35,458 nt of DNA from Octopus bimaculoides (taxonomy: Eukaryota): contig NC_068985.1 of assembly GCF_001194135.2 (NCBI RefSeq), positions 5,762,703 through 5,798,160 on the forward strand. The letters are read 5' to 3'. The position numbers were made by a program, and so were the translations under genes. Below are positions 1 to 12,194 of the stretch, piece by piece. Numbering within the stretch: the first letter of the stretch is position 1; each line of letters begins with the position of its first letter. The notes beneath the pieces were generated by a model. It did not search any database. It saw nothing but the letters and a program-made list of their open reading frames with translations, and had not been told where the DNA came from.

Positions 1-287
1 CATTAAAAACGTAAAAATAAAAGCAGAACACAAAGTAGAGAGAGAGAGAGAGCGGAAGGGAGAGAGAGAGAGCCTATACATTTCAAACGTCGTCAACATT
101 CCAGAGGTGCAATTCATGTTTCCAAAGAGTTAGTCCACGTTTTCAATTATCATCGACGATAGGAAATGGAAAGTAAATTATTGTTGCAGTTTTCCTGTGT
201 TTTAAATTCAAATTTGCTTATATCTGTAAAAGTATCTGAATTAATCCTCTGGAAATAATCACAAGGATAGCTTCTTAGAAGACTTAC

Positions 288-334
288 TGTATGAAGATCA
301 ACAACAGGAGAAAAGTAAAAAGACACTTTCTCAG
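288..334 (-). CDS. Weak candidate coding exon (47 nt), possibly a signal peptide (LRKCLFTFLLLLIFI)
   Basis: The minus strand reads tttatctgtatatAG|ctgagaaag...ttcataca|GTAAGT. One frame is a hydrophobic stretch. No homology recognised. Confidence 0.2.
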
Positions 335-961
335 CTATATACAGATAAATAGTTTATTAAAAGTTCTGCTATACTGTAAATGACTAGCAATAACGTGTAG
401 TGTGTGGACTGCGAGCTGATGTTCTAAATACAAACGCAAATCTCCGTCGAGAAATTCTTTAGGCAATCAGCCCAAATATCTGGGCTATTACTATTATTAT
501 GCAATATCATTTCTTCAGCTAACCTTTATTTATCTCGTTTCTTTTCAAATAAAGAAGCGGTGATGTTTAAAATTAGTCGAACGAAAGCTTGAAACCTGTC
601 AAGCTGTCATGTTTTGTTCATTGGCTTTTTATTATATATTTGGCAACAAACTGACCAACATCTGTAACAGAGAATAAGACATTTCTTTATACATCAGTAC
701 TTCAGTTCAATAACAATATTCTTGGGGGCAATGTGACCTCCAAAACGATTTTAATCCGTTGTAAATATGTTACAAGTTCTTTTTCTGTTCTTGTTTCGAA
801 TCATATTCGACACATCTTTGACTTTCTCAACAAAGTTTCACATTTATACAAACACACGCGCGAAGGTATGTATGTTTGTATGTATGTTCTTTTCTGTTCT
901 TAATTTTTGAAATTCTTCTTTTAGTGAAGCAACTGGTTTCCAACCAGTCTTGCATAGTTTT

Positions 962-1405
962 ACGTATGTATGTATGTATGTATGTATGTATGTATGTATG
1001 TATGTATGTATGTATGTATGTATGTTTGTGCAGATGTGTATGTTTTGTTTTATGCCTGTCTTCTCATGCAATATACTTGCATATCTAGACATGCTAATAT
1101 ACTTTTAAATGATAAACTTATTCCAGTTCCAGTGAGGGATTGGATCTGCAGTCTTCGAATTAATTTTCTCCTTTCTAGTTTTAAGATGCCTAATTTCTCA
1201 AGATTGATATTTAGGCAGAGTGTTACATATCCCAGTGTCCCAATAATTACAGGTATAAACCTGAATTTGTAATCTGCATAGAGTAACTGCATATTTCTCA
1301 ACAGTTCAGCATAGGTGTTCTCTTTTCCACTGATCTTCAGCTTTATGTTAACATCCGCTGGGCAGCTAATTTCCACAACTGTATACAGTTTCTCTTCTCT
1401 ATCTC
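962..1405 (-). mobile_element. 3' end of an R4/Dong-clade non-LTR retrotransposon (RLE domain C-terminus, 3'UTR and (ACAT)n tail)
   Basis: Translation DREEKLYTVVEISCPADVNIKLKISGKENTYAELLRNMQLLYADYKFRFIPVIIGTLGYV matches the RLE pattern (E-x-S-C-P ... K...Y ... P-V-I-I-G-x-L-G). It ends in an (ACAT)n array. Confidence 0.8.
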
Positions 1406-1657
1406 AATTCTTTATATAAGGTCTATTGTGTTTTCAAATATGTATGCATGCATGTATGTCTGACTGTCTGTCTGTCCGTATGTATGTATGTATGTATGTA
1501 TGTATGTATGTATTATGTAAATGTATATATGTGTATGAGTGTATGTATAGATGCACACGAGTGTAAACACATTTGGAAGCGTGTTATATAAATGTATTTG
1601 TCTTTGTTTAGAAAATCCACGAATGTAAGATATTTTAATACATTCATGTTTGTTACA

Positions 1658-1873
1658 CAGTAATCCCTCAACTATCGCGGTTATTTCGTTTCACCCTACC
1701 CCCAACCGCGATAGGTGAAAATCCGCGAAGTAGAAACACTACTGTATATTTTATGTTATTATTTTTATAATTTGTTTATTTTATTATAAATGCAAAACAA
1801 CACCACAGAGGAGTCGACGTAAGCTAAATCATAAACCGCGATAGGTGAACCGCGATATGGCGAGGGATTACTG
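1658..1873. mobile_element. Tigger/pogo-like (Tc1/mariner) MITE
   Basis: Terminal inverted repeats CAGTAATCCCTCaacTATCGCGGTT and AACCGCGATAtggCGAGGGATTACTG, with an internal repeat of aaccgcgataggtga. Non-coding. Confidence 0.75.
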
Positions 1874-1949
1874 AGTATATATATAGGTATGTGCCTGTGT
1901 GTACCTTTGTGTGTGCTTCTGTGAGTTTGAGTGTATGTATATTTCCATA

Positions 1950-2362
1950 GGCGCAGGAGTGGCTGTGTGTTAAGTAGCTTGCTTAACAACCACATGGTCC
2001 CGGGTTCAGTCCCACTGCACGCCACCTTGGGCAAGTATCTTTTAGTATAGCCTCGGGCCGACCAAATCCTTGTGAGTGGATTTGGTAGCCGGAAGCCTGT
2101 CGTATATGTATATATATATATGTGTGTGTGTCTGTGTGTGTGTGTGTGGTGTTTATATATCTTTGTGTATCTGTGTTTATCCCCCAGCATCGCTTGACAA
2201 CCGATTCTGGTGTGTTTACGTCCCCGTAACATAGCGTTTCGGCAAAAGCGATCGATAGAATAAGTACTAGGCTTACACAGAATAAGCTGTGGGGTCGATT
2301 TGCTCGACTAAAGGCGGTGCTCCAGCATGGCCACAGTCAAATGATTGAAACAAGTAAAAGAG
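1950..2362 (+). mobile_element. tRNA-derived SINE, family B, full length with internal (TA)n/(TG)n
   Basis: A-box-like TGGCTGTGTGTT and B-box-like GGGTTCAGTCCC. Near-identical copy at 18910-19316 and partial copies elsewhere in the window. Confidence 0.9.
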
Positions 2363-2399
<37 letters not shown>

Positions 2400-2543
2400 N
2401 NNNNNNNNNNNNNNNNNNNNNNNNNNNNNNNNNNNNNNNNNNNNNNNNNNNNNNNNNNNNNNNNNNNNNNNNNNNNNNNNNNNNNNNNNNNNNNNNNNNN
2501 NNNNNNNNNNNNNNNNNNNNNNNNNNNNNNNNTATATATGTGC

Positions 2544-2577
<34 letters not shown>

Positions 2578-2636
2578 GGAGAGAGGGAGAACGACACAGA
2601 GAGAGAAATATGTTCTTAGTTGTTTCGTGTAAAAAT

Positions 2637-2677
<41 letters not shown>

Positions 2678-2949
2678 AAAAATAAAATGAAAATATATAT
2701 TACAATTTTTTTCAAAAGAGAGGCAAAGTTATTATCGACATATTTTTGCAGGAAGAAAAACATAAACGTTAAAAGTATAAAAGATCAAATTATCGAGAAA
2801 AACCCCACCCATAACTACATCAAGCGGTAAACAATGAAAAAAAAATTGGGTGGAATTAATCAACCGACGACGGGGTGGGTGGGTAGGAAAGGTATCGGAT
2901 TGTATAACCCTAAGCAGGGGTACCTGTTCAGCCGTGCTAGGCAGACATA

Positions 2950-3075
2950 CTTGCAAAGCGTTGCTGTCGAGAATAAGCAACGATACTTGTTACAACAGCC
3001 GCGCCTCTTCGCAGGGCTCATTTCTCAGACGGGCAATTTCAATCCCTATTTTACAGAGGAAACTAGCAATGCGGG
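2950..3075 (+). mobile_element. Possible degraded 3' end of a CRE-type RLE retrotransposon
   Basis: KALLSRISNDTCYNSRASSQGSFLRRAISIPILQR resembles the CRE C-terminal motif ..SFLRQRISIAIQRGN. Recalled from memory, not searched. Confidence 0.3.
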
Positions 3076-4096
3076 CTCCGAGAACAACTGAGGTCTCGAA
3101 ATTAGAAGCGTGACGCGAGAGAATCTGTTATTGATTAGAAATATCGATATTGTTTTAGCGTTTCTTTTCTCGGTGAAGTTACTTCAAACGAATATATATC
3201 GAAAATATTAATTAGTCGCTCAGTTAATTAGTTTAGTCGTTATTCGTTTAGCATTTTGGTTTGTTTTTCTTACAAATGGTTACCTATATGAGTTAAATAT
3301 AAACAAAAACGAACACATGGTGTGATATATGATCGATGAAGAACATCAACCATAGTTATTCCTTTATTATAGTGAGTAAAAAATGTCAAAGAATTCACGA
3401 ATGAAGCTTAAGCGAGGAAATTTGGCAATGCAGACAGGTGTTAGGTGGCAGGACCTAATTAGGGGCCTGTTCTCTTCAAGCCGGGGAATGAAATAGCAAT
3501 AGTAGGTGAAATGCACCAAACGGTATTTATCATATGGTTACGAGAGAAACTTGAAATAAAATAGATTAAACCAAACCCGAATTCGGCTGATTAACAATGA
3601 GTCCCAGCATTGTAAACATCTGGCACAGTTTTTAGGAAGCTGTTTTTCCATAAGATTGTTAATAATACGGAAGACAAGAACACTGCTTCACACTGCAATG
3701 GATTCTATGATGTTGATGTTAAATCTCTGTAGAATCTAACAAGAAGCGTATCATAGTCAGGATAACAGCGAACTCTAAAATAGACCTATAAATATCAGAC
3801 ATTTAGGCAACAAATATAACTCATTGAATGTGTTAGTGAGATTTGTTGATATACATTATCTTCCATCTAGATATCTTATAACCAACGAAGGCCCCGATAT
3901 GTGATCGATCGAACTGCAGAACACAGAAGACTAACGTTATCCGATTCATATCCTAAGTTGTATTATGCAGTTCTATGTATACAGTATGTTCATAACAAAT
4001 ACGAAATTCAGTTATATATGTAAGAGATGAGGAATTATGTACGTTATTTACATTATTTACATTTGACGGATATTTGTCCTCATCTTGTTTGTTGCT

Positions 4097-4142
4097 AACA
4101 CAACCTTTCGGCTGATATACCTTCTAGCCTTCATCAGGTATT
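4097..4142 (-). ncRNA. Degenerate minimal hammerhead ribozyme motif
   Basis: CUGAUGA-A-GGCU..AGCC-GAAA is present. Stem III reads AGGU instead of ACGU, and the 5' stem I strand is lost through an internal deletion. Confidence 0.55.
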
Positions 4143-4234
4143 TTTCGATGTTATCATTATTATCATTATTCAGGTCACTGCCTGGAATCGAACTCGGACT
4201 CTTGAGTTTAGTAGCCACTACTCTATATCCCCAA

Positions 4235-4280
4235 GACACCTCATGAAGGCTAGAGGGTATATCAGCCAAAACGTTGTGTT
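4235..4280 (+). ncRNA. Mutated hammerhead copy (predicted inactive)
   Basis: GACAC-CUCAUGA-A-GGCU..AGCC-AAAACGUU-GUGUU, carrying G5C and G12A substitutions in the core. Confidence 0.5.
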
Positions 4281-4734
4281 AGCAACAAACAAGATGAGGA
4301 CAAATATCCTTCAGATGTAAACAATGTAAATAATAAAGACGAAATTGTCATATCTCGAAAACCATTTACTAAAAGTTCGCTTGTTCATCTCTGATAGGTG
4401 TCAACACCCGAACAGCAGTCTTTTTTAGAGTAATACAACAAGTGAGGCTTTGAAATAAGATTTAGTAAACATCCATCTTATCGTAAGCACATTAAATGAA
4501 AATGTGCCGAGAAGAAATGACAGGTATATATAGCACTGTGTTCATACATGAAAGAAGAATTTATAAATGTCAGAGTATGAATAGAAGCGGTTTTATAATA
4601 ACCGGCTGGTGTCATCATATAATATCTATAATATGAATAATATACAAGATAAAATTTTCAATATTATGAAAATGTAAAACGACATCAATCAAAATCTGTT
4701 TCTGCCGTCTTGCTCCCTTATTTCCCCGTCTTAC

Positions 4735-4801
4735 ACCATATGTAGCTGTGAATACCATCCTCCCGAGTTTACTATTTGTCACTCACCGTCTCTTTATATA
4801 T
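4735..4801 (-). promoter_or_regulatory. Weak candidate TATA promoter and first coding exon (ATG at 4758, MVFTATYG, donor GTAAGA)
   Basis: TATATAAA at 4800-4793 on the minus strand, an Inr-like TAGT about 27 nt downstream, and a CACGTG upstream. The 24-nt ORF ends at a GT donor. Such motifs also occur by chance in AT-rich DNA. Confidence 0.2.
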
Positions 4802-4844
4802 TTATGACGCCTACACCATCACGTGCTCGTTCTACGCGCTATGT

Positions 4845-4869
4845 GTGTGTGTATGTGTGTGTTTGATAA

Positions 4870-4939
<70 letters not shown>

Positions 4940-5358
4940 TTATATATATATATGTACATACACACGTAATATATTCATATATTTATTTATATATGTACAC
5001 ACACAGACACATACATACACACGCAGATATATGTGAAGTAGATTTGGCAGGTGCACACATAAACAAACAATAAATTTGGGAAGTCTCCATTATACATCAT
5101 ATACACTTATGGTTATTTCTGACTACACACACAGCAATACGCTACAGCACATCAGGCATGCATGAGCTTATGTGTATGCATGCATACGTATACATATCCA
5201 TGTATATATATATATATATATATATACATATATACATAGAGAGAGAGAGAGAGAGAGTGACGCATGCAAACACTCACACAGTCACATATATACATACACA
5301 CGCACACATACATACATACATACAAACATAAAGAGAGACAGACAGACATACATACAAG

Positions 5359-5405
<47 letters not shown>
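4845..5405. repeat. Compound microsatellites (TG)n, (TA)n, (GA)n, (TACA)n
   Basis: Directly visible. Confidence 0.95.
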
Positions 5406-5824
5406 AAGAAGTGTAGGGCGATGCAGGAAAAATCTGGTAGAAATTTAAGAAGCGAAAAATAGCTATTGGAAGTGTTCACCTATCTTTAAATCTAGGCTCC
5501 TTTCTAGAGTAGAGAAGATAAGCAGACGATTTTCACAGAGAAACATGCAACAGACGAGAGTAATCTCAATAGAAATATCTATTATATGTTTTTAAAGTAC
5601 AGCTCTTGTTAAATATCTGATGAATATTTTAGAAATTATTCCCAGTCTATTTTCATCAAAATAGCTTCATCCACTTTTCCTTCGCTTTTTCGCCATTTAT
5701 TGTACGCTTCCGCATTCCATCTTTCGCTTTCTTTCCATCATTTTCAGTTTTACTTACTCATTCTAATTCCTTTTCTCCTCAATTCCCTCTTCCTATACCT
5801 GTATACACGTGTGCACGTGCAGGA

Positions 5825-5858
5825 ATATTTATATATATACATAGATGTATAATATGTA

Positions 5859-5890
<32 letters not shown>

Positions 5891-5894
5891 CACA

Positions 5895-5935
<41 letters not shown>

Positions 5936-6016
5936 GTATGTACGTATATATAGTTGTCCAATAATTTTATATACACTTACACACACACACACACACATAT
6001 ACATATATATAGACAC

Positions 6017-6086
<70 letters not shown>

Positions 6087-6099
6087 GTATCTATCTATG

Positions 6100-6138
<39 letters not shown>

Positions 6139-6178
6139 NNNNNNNNNNNNNNNNNNNNNNNNNNNNNNNNNNNNNNNN

Positions 6179-6220
<42 letters not shown>

Positions 6221-6230
6221 CATACGTGTA
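5825..6230. repeat. Compound microsatellite (TA)n/(CA)n/(TCTA)n/(CT)n with gap
   Basis: Directly visible. Confidence 0.95.
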
Positions 6231-6911
6231 TACAAATATATAGTCATCGAATAACTTTTCATATGCCAAGATACAACAGATATTTGTGAGTATATTATTT
6301 ATGAAGTATTATAAATTTAATCTCTTAACACATACAATTCATGTTACCGAACGTTTTTGTGTTACAGATCATTCAAACACTACAGAGCAAATTTACTGCC
6401 CTCAAGTATGGCCGAAAACAAATGTATAGTTCGGGTTTTATTTTACTGGATATGTGAAAACACATTTGTTTTACAGTTCGCGTAAATTTTGCAACAAATA
6501 TAGAAGAAAACTCAGCGGAAAAGAACAGCACAGAATCTACCGAAGGCGTTAGTCGAATGATCCCCCACATATCCTCCGCAGAACAGTAGAGCATAGACTC
6601 CGCAACCTCATACCATACCAGGGGGTCTACTTGTTAGCGGTTTAAAAAATGCCATTAGTTTTATATCCGACACAGCCACATGAAAATAAAGCGCTACAAT
6701 ATGATTATGTGGTTCATGTCCGCATTTTCTCTTAATGTTAAAATTTCCGTAAATAGGATTTTTCTTAGCAGACGAGAAATTTCCAGACACGTAAGTAAAT
6801 GAATATTTTCAACTTGAACACCTCGGAGGTTTCTCCTTGCTACGCACATGACTTGAAATAAATTGTACTAAGTAGGCGTAGCGTCACAACAGTGAGACAA
6901 TATGACTTCTG

Positions 6912-7050
6912 TCTTTATGTTCTGAGTTCAAATTCCTTTGCCTTTCATCCTTTAGGGTCGATAAATTAAGTACCAGTTGCGTACTGGTGTCGATGTAATC
7001 GACTGGCCCACTCCCCCAAAATTTTGAGCCTTGTGCCTAGAATAAAAATG
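6912..7050 (+). mobile_element. 5'-truncated SINE family A copy (tail type 2) with a 13-bp target-site duplication
   Basis: B-box GAGTTCAAATT and core gggtcgataaattaagtaccagt. AATATGACTTCTG occurs at both 6899-6911 and 7051-7063. Confidence 0.9.
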
Positions 7051-7947
7051 AATATGACTTCTGAAAAGAAATGCTGCACAATACAACACCAGCTGGAGAT
7101 TATTGGAAAATTTCCTCATGAGCAGTAAGGAGAGCAAACTTTACTTAGCGGAAGAAAAGTATTAAATAATTTCTCTCCCACCAAGGTCTAACTGAACACT
7201 AAAAAGAAAATGTTTTCCCCTTGTATTCACAACAGGAAATATATTTTAGCCAACTGGTAAGTTCCATCCTAACAGTAAAATTTGATTATTATTTAAGTAA
7301 AAAATCGTTCATCATAAACAAGTTATTCATCCACCAGCGTTTATGCCCGCCCATACATATACATATTCGCGCCCATGCATCTTCTGAAAAACCTCCCCAC
7401 CTCTTTCCCTGTTGTCTATTTCTTTCCCTCACTTTCTTCAACCACACTCCGTCTCAAGTCAATCTACATATACACAAAAAGTGGATGGACAGTCGATTCT
7501 CGAGTGATGACATATACAGCAATGAATTAGACAAATCTAAGGGGCATAACTCCTTGAGGCTTAAGCACCAAATTTCTGTTTCCGAATATTTTATCTTCTT
7601 TCCTACCGAAGTTTCGTTCAAGTTAATATACATTTTAAAAACCCGTAAAACAAATGTGGTGTTTTTGGATTCCCACCGAATAAAAAGTAGCTGAGGCTTT
7701 ACACTTACTTATCGTCATGTCTGATATTTGGTAGTTTATCTTTCTGCATTTGGAAGGGTCTTTTAAACAAGAAACTATGCGATGAGATGAACCGCCGAAT
7801 AGACCAAATCTATGATATTGTGTAAATGACACTCACAGACATTCATATACACACACACTGACACACGCTAACACACACACTGACCTACACACAAGGTCAC
7901 GTATGTATATATTATACTGCAATTTCGGCTGATTGTAATCGAGCTTG

Positions 7948-8011
7948 CTCATACACTCATACACTCATACACTCATACACTCATACACTCATACACTCAT
8001 ACACTCATACA
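7948..8011. repeat. (CTCATACA)x8 octamer tandem repeat
   Basis: Directly visible; it merges into (CA)n. Confidence 0.9.
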
Positions 8012-8124
8012 CACACACTGACACACACTAGTTGATACGTGTGTTGATACGTTAGTTGACACGTGAAAATGCACATTGCACCAGTACATCATATCGGTAC
8101 ATGAACTCTTAAATAAAACAATCA

Positions 8125-8211
<87 letters not shown>

Positions 8212-8323
8212 ACACACACACACATAATCTCTCTCTCTCTCTTATTCAGGCATATGTGAGTATGTTTATGCATAGTTATCCTTTGTAATATCCTATGCTC
8301 ATAGGTTCATGGAGTTTCCTTAA

Positions 8324-8359
<36 letters not shown>

Positions 8360-8420
8360 NNNNNNNNNNAGAGAGAGAGAGAGAGAGAGAGAGAGTACGT
8401 GTGTGTGTGTATGTGTGTGC
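8125..8420. repeat. (CA)n, (CT)n and (GA)n microsatellites
   Basis: Directly visible. Confidence 0.95.
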
Positions 8421-9047
8421 GCAGATGCTTGGCTGGATGTGCGTTGAATGAGCAATAATGTAGTGATACCAACGTATGACATCGATGTGTGTCCACATAT
8501 TCGATGCAGTGTGTCACTCACCTGTATTAAAGAGTTTCACATTTCGGCGGCGTTTTATGTTCCGCTGTATCACATTACTCTATCACAACTTAGCACAAAT
8601 TGATTGTCGATTAATTCAAATCCAGTACGTATGTGATTAGTAATTTACTTTATCGATACCGAAAGCATAAAAGGCAAAGCTAACTTCGATGGATATGAGA
8701 TGTGATTGCAAAGAGCCGTACCATAGACCGCAAGCTATTTTGTCCGACATTTTAGAGACGATGCCAAGCGACGTCGTAGTATTTTGGCCGAAAATATTTG
8801 AAAGTAAACACTACGGAAATATAAATGAATTCATACGCTTCATAACCATACTTGATAGAATATCTCTCATTGCTACAAGAGGCTGTTCTAAATATAGTTT
8901 ATCGAATTTGCTGATACTGCGTTTCATTTTGTTCGCTTTCTCTCTACATCACAGCTGTATCTCTTGAGTACTTTTAAAATTCAGTTTCCATCATCTTTAT
9001 TTCATTTTACCACTTTCTCCATTCTCCCAATCTCTCCCTCTCTTTCA

Positions 9048-9112
<65 letters not shown>

Positions 9113-9658
9113 NNNNNNNNNNNNNNNNNNNNNNNNNNNNNNNNNNNNNNNNNNNNNNNNNNNNNNNNNNNNNNNNNNNNNNNNNNNNNNNNNNNNNNNN
9201 NNNNNNNNNNNNNNNNNNNNNNNNNNNNNNNNNNNNNNNNNNNNNNNNNNNNNNNNNNNNNNNNNNNNNNNNNNNNNNNNNNNNNNNNNNNNNNNNNNNN
9301 NNNNNNNNNNNNNNNNNNNNNNNNNNNNNNNNNNNNNNNNNNNNNNNNNNNNNNNNNNNNNNNNNNNNNNNNNNNNNNNNNNNNNNNNNNNNNNNNNNNN
9401 NNNNNNNNNNNNNNNNNNNNNNNNNNNNNNNNNNNNNNNNNNNNNNNNNNNNNNNNNNNNNNNNNNNNNNNNNNNNNNNNNNNNNNNNNNNNNNNNNNNN
9501 NNNNNNNNNNNNNNNNNNNNNNNNNNNNNNNNNNNNNNNNNNNNNNNNNNNNNNNNNNNNNNNNNNNNNNNNNNNNNNNNNNNNNNNNNNNNNNNNNNNN
9601 NNNNNNNNNNNNNNNNNNNNNNNNNNNNNNNNNNNNNNNNNNNNNNNNNNNNNNNNNC

Positions 9659-9790
9659 CCTTGTCCACAATGTCCCCGTATGTTTCATGCAAACCTTGGA
9701 TTGCGGAGCCATCTGCGGTTCAAACACCCAGAAAAATGAACTGGATTGCAGCCAACATACATACATACATACATACATACATACATACAT
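9659..9790 (+). mobile_element. 3' terminus of an RTE-type LINE (C2H2 finger, stop codon, (ACAT)n tail)
   Basis: 9659-9739 translates to PCPQCPRMFHANLGLRSHLRFKHPEK*, a typical RTE C-terminal finger. The upstream part is hidden in the N gap. Confidence 0.7.
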
Positions 9791-9801
9791 ACACATACAC
9801 A

Positions 9802-9875
<74 letters not shown>

Positions 9876-10097
9876 ATCTGTCTGTCTGTATGTCTGTCTG
9901 TATATATTATACATATATACTTATATACATATATTATACATATATACATAAATGGCTATTTCTGATAATTAGATGTTATATGTTTACAAAAAGTGGCTCT
10001 GATAAGGTAGCCATTTCTACTCATTTTTAGATATATAATACTGTACAAAGGACTTTCTATTTCTTATTCTATTCTATTCTATTCTATTATATATATG

Positions 10098-10131
<34 letters not shown>

Positions 10132-10346
10132 NNNNNNNNNNNNNNNNNNNNNNNNNNNNNNNNNNNNNNNNNNNNNNNNNNNNNNNNNNNNNNNNNNNNN
10201 NNNNNNNNNNNNNNNNNNNNNNNNNNNNNNNNNNNNNNNNNNNNNNNNNNNNNNNNNNNNNNNNNNNNNNNNNNNNNNNNNNATATAAATATATTTATGC
10301 ACATATATATGCACAGACATACCTACATACATGCATGCACATATAC

Positions 10347-10396
<50 letters not shown>

Positions 10397-11970
10397 TTCG
10401 TTCCACTTTGATTGCAAGCGTTTAAATATATCTATATTCATTGTATATTGTACATACGAAATCCCCTGTTTTCTTCTCTTACGCTCAAATATTCTAAAGA
10501 TTGCTATTTTAGAATTCTATTATTTTCCCAGAGATATTTATTTTCCCCTCCATTATATCAATAAACAATGAAGAAACTTCTTCATATTTTCATAATGATA
10601 CAAGCTTCTTTAGATCGATTTATACCACGATATTTCTAGAATTTCTGATTCCAAACGCAAAATAGACCAATAACGTTAGTCTAAAGCATTCGGAAAGTTA
10701 GACTACCAATGAATGGTGAAAGAAATTGAATACCTCCGTGTATATTCTTATTAAGTTGCCTGCGGACATCTTCCAGTTTGAATTGATTGACATTTATCAG
10801 TCTTTCAAACATCTGCAGTTCCTATATTTCACAGTTTAGTGATTTAAAGACAAACAGTTATGTATATTATATATATTGCGATATTTTTGCACTTTGAAAT
10901 TCCTTAAAGCGTGTAAATATTTCTGAGAAAAATAACCTTTATACGTTTATTTTATCACAAGAATCCAGGAAATTGGTTTTTCCTTTGTATGTCCCTCATA
11001 GTACTGGAATAGCATGTGACAAATCGTATATTTTCAGTTAATATGTATGGAAATCCCTAACGTGTTTGCACGACACAATTTTCTTCTCTATTTTAACCGA
11101 TTTCTTTTGATAAGAGCCCCGGAATTCTTATTTAGGTTAAAAAGGACATCTTAGAATATTCTATTTTCCTTCCCATTTGCTCTCTGTATTGAGTTCGTTC
11201 AAATGTTCAATTTCTCAGATCAGCGTCTGTAAATGAGAGTATACATATAATTTTGTTGCGGTGTAACGTGATATCAGTGGTGCACATTAATTATAACTTT
11301 ATCGTCGTAACTTGCTAGACAGAACCATCAGATATCTCTGATATGTACAAGGAATAAAAGATCTCGGTGTCTACTCATGATAACTGTTCATATTTCTTTA
11401 TGATCGATATAATGTGTGCGAAAATATTGAAATATATCTTTAAGAATTTGTCTTCAGATGAATAATATGTGGAATACAGGGAGTGTACAAAGAGATAATT
11501 TGAAAGACTACTGAATCAAGACCATTTCAAACTTAAAAATGCCTACAGGCCAATTAGTAAAAATACGAAGATATTCAATTTCTTTCTCAGTACTTTAGTA
11601 CTTTGTGCCAACAATATCGGTCTATTTTTCGTTCGGAATCACAAACTCTGGAAATATGGTGAAAATCGAAGTAAAGATGTCTGTGTTATTATGACAATAT
11701 GAAGTAACGTCTGCGATGTTTATTGATATAATGGAGGGGAAAATAAATATCATTGGAAAATAATATACACAATTTTAAAATGACAATCTTTAGAATAATT
11801 TAGTGTGAGAGAGGAAAAGTGGCGATTTGAAATGTTCGAGTTATTTAAATGCTTGCCATGAAAATGGATTTACATACACAAATACAGACATAGACACACA
11901 CATAAACACACACAAACACACACACACACTATTATATATTTCAATGTTTTTCTGTACATATATGTGTATA

Positions 11971-12034
<64 letters not shown>

Positions 12035-12194
12035 TATATACAGTTATGTGTAGATATATACAGTATATATTACATAATAGCAGGGTCAACAATTTCATCA
12101 TTTCGAGTGAGATATTGAATCGAAGACATTGCATAAGATGTGGTCTGTGGTGTGATTTTATGATCCCGGAGCAATGGCAACTATGAGTTTCAAA

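Larger units (their letters stand above)
4015..4334. mobile_element. Palindromic Penelope pLTR-like element with a tRNA-derived head in the spacer
   Basis: Arms at about 4045-4138 and 4238-4334 are reverse complements. On the minus strand the spacer has B-box GAGTTCGATTCC (4184-4195) followed by (AAT)n. The same arm sequence recurs at 32.5-32.9 kb. Confidence 0.8.

Noticed and set aside
4172-4226. tRNA-like sequence as a tRNA gene
   Set aside because: Only the 3' portion with a B-box is present and it cannot form a full cloverleaf, so it is treated as a SINE head.
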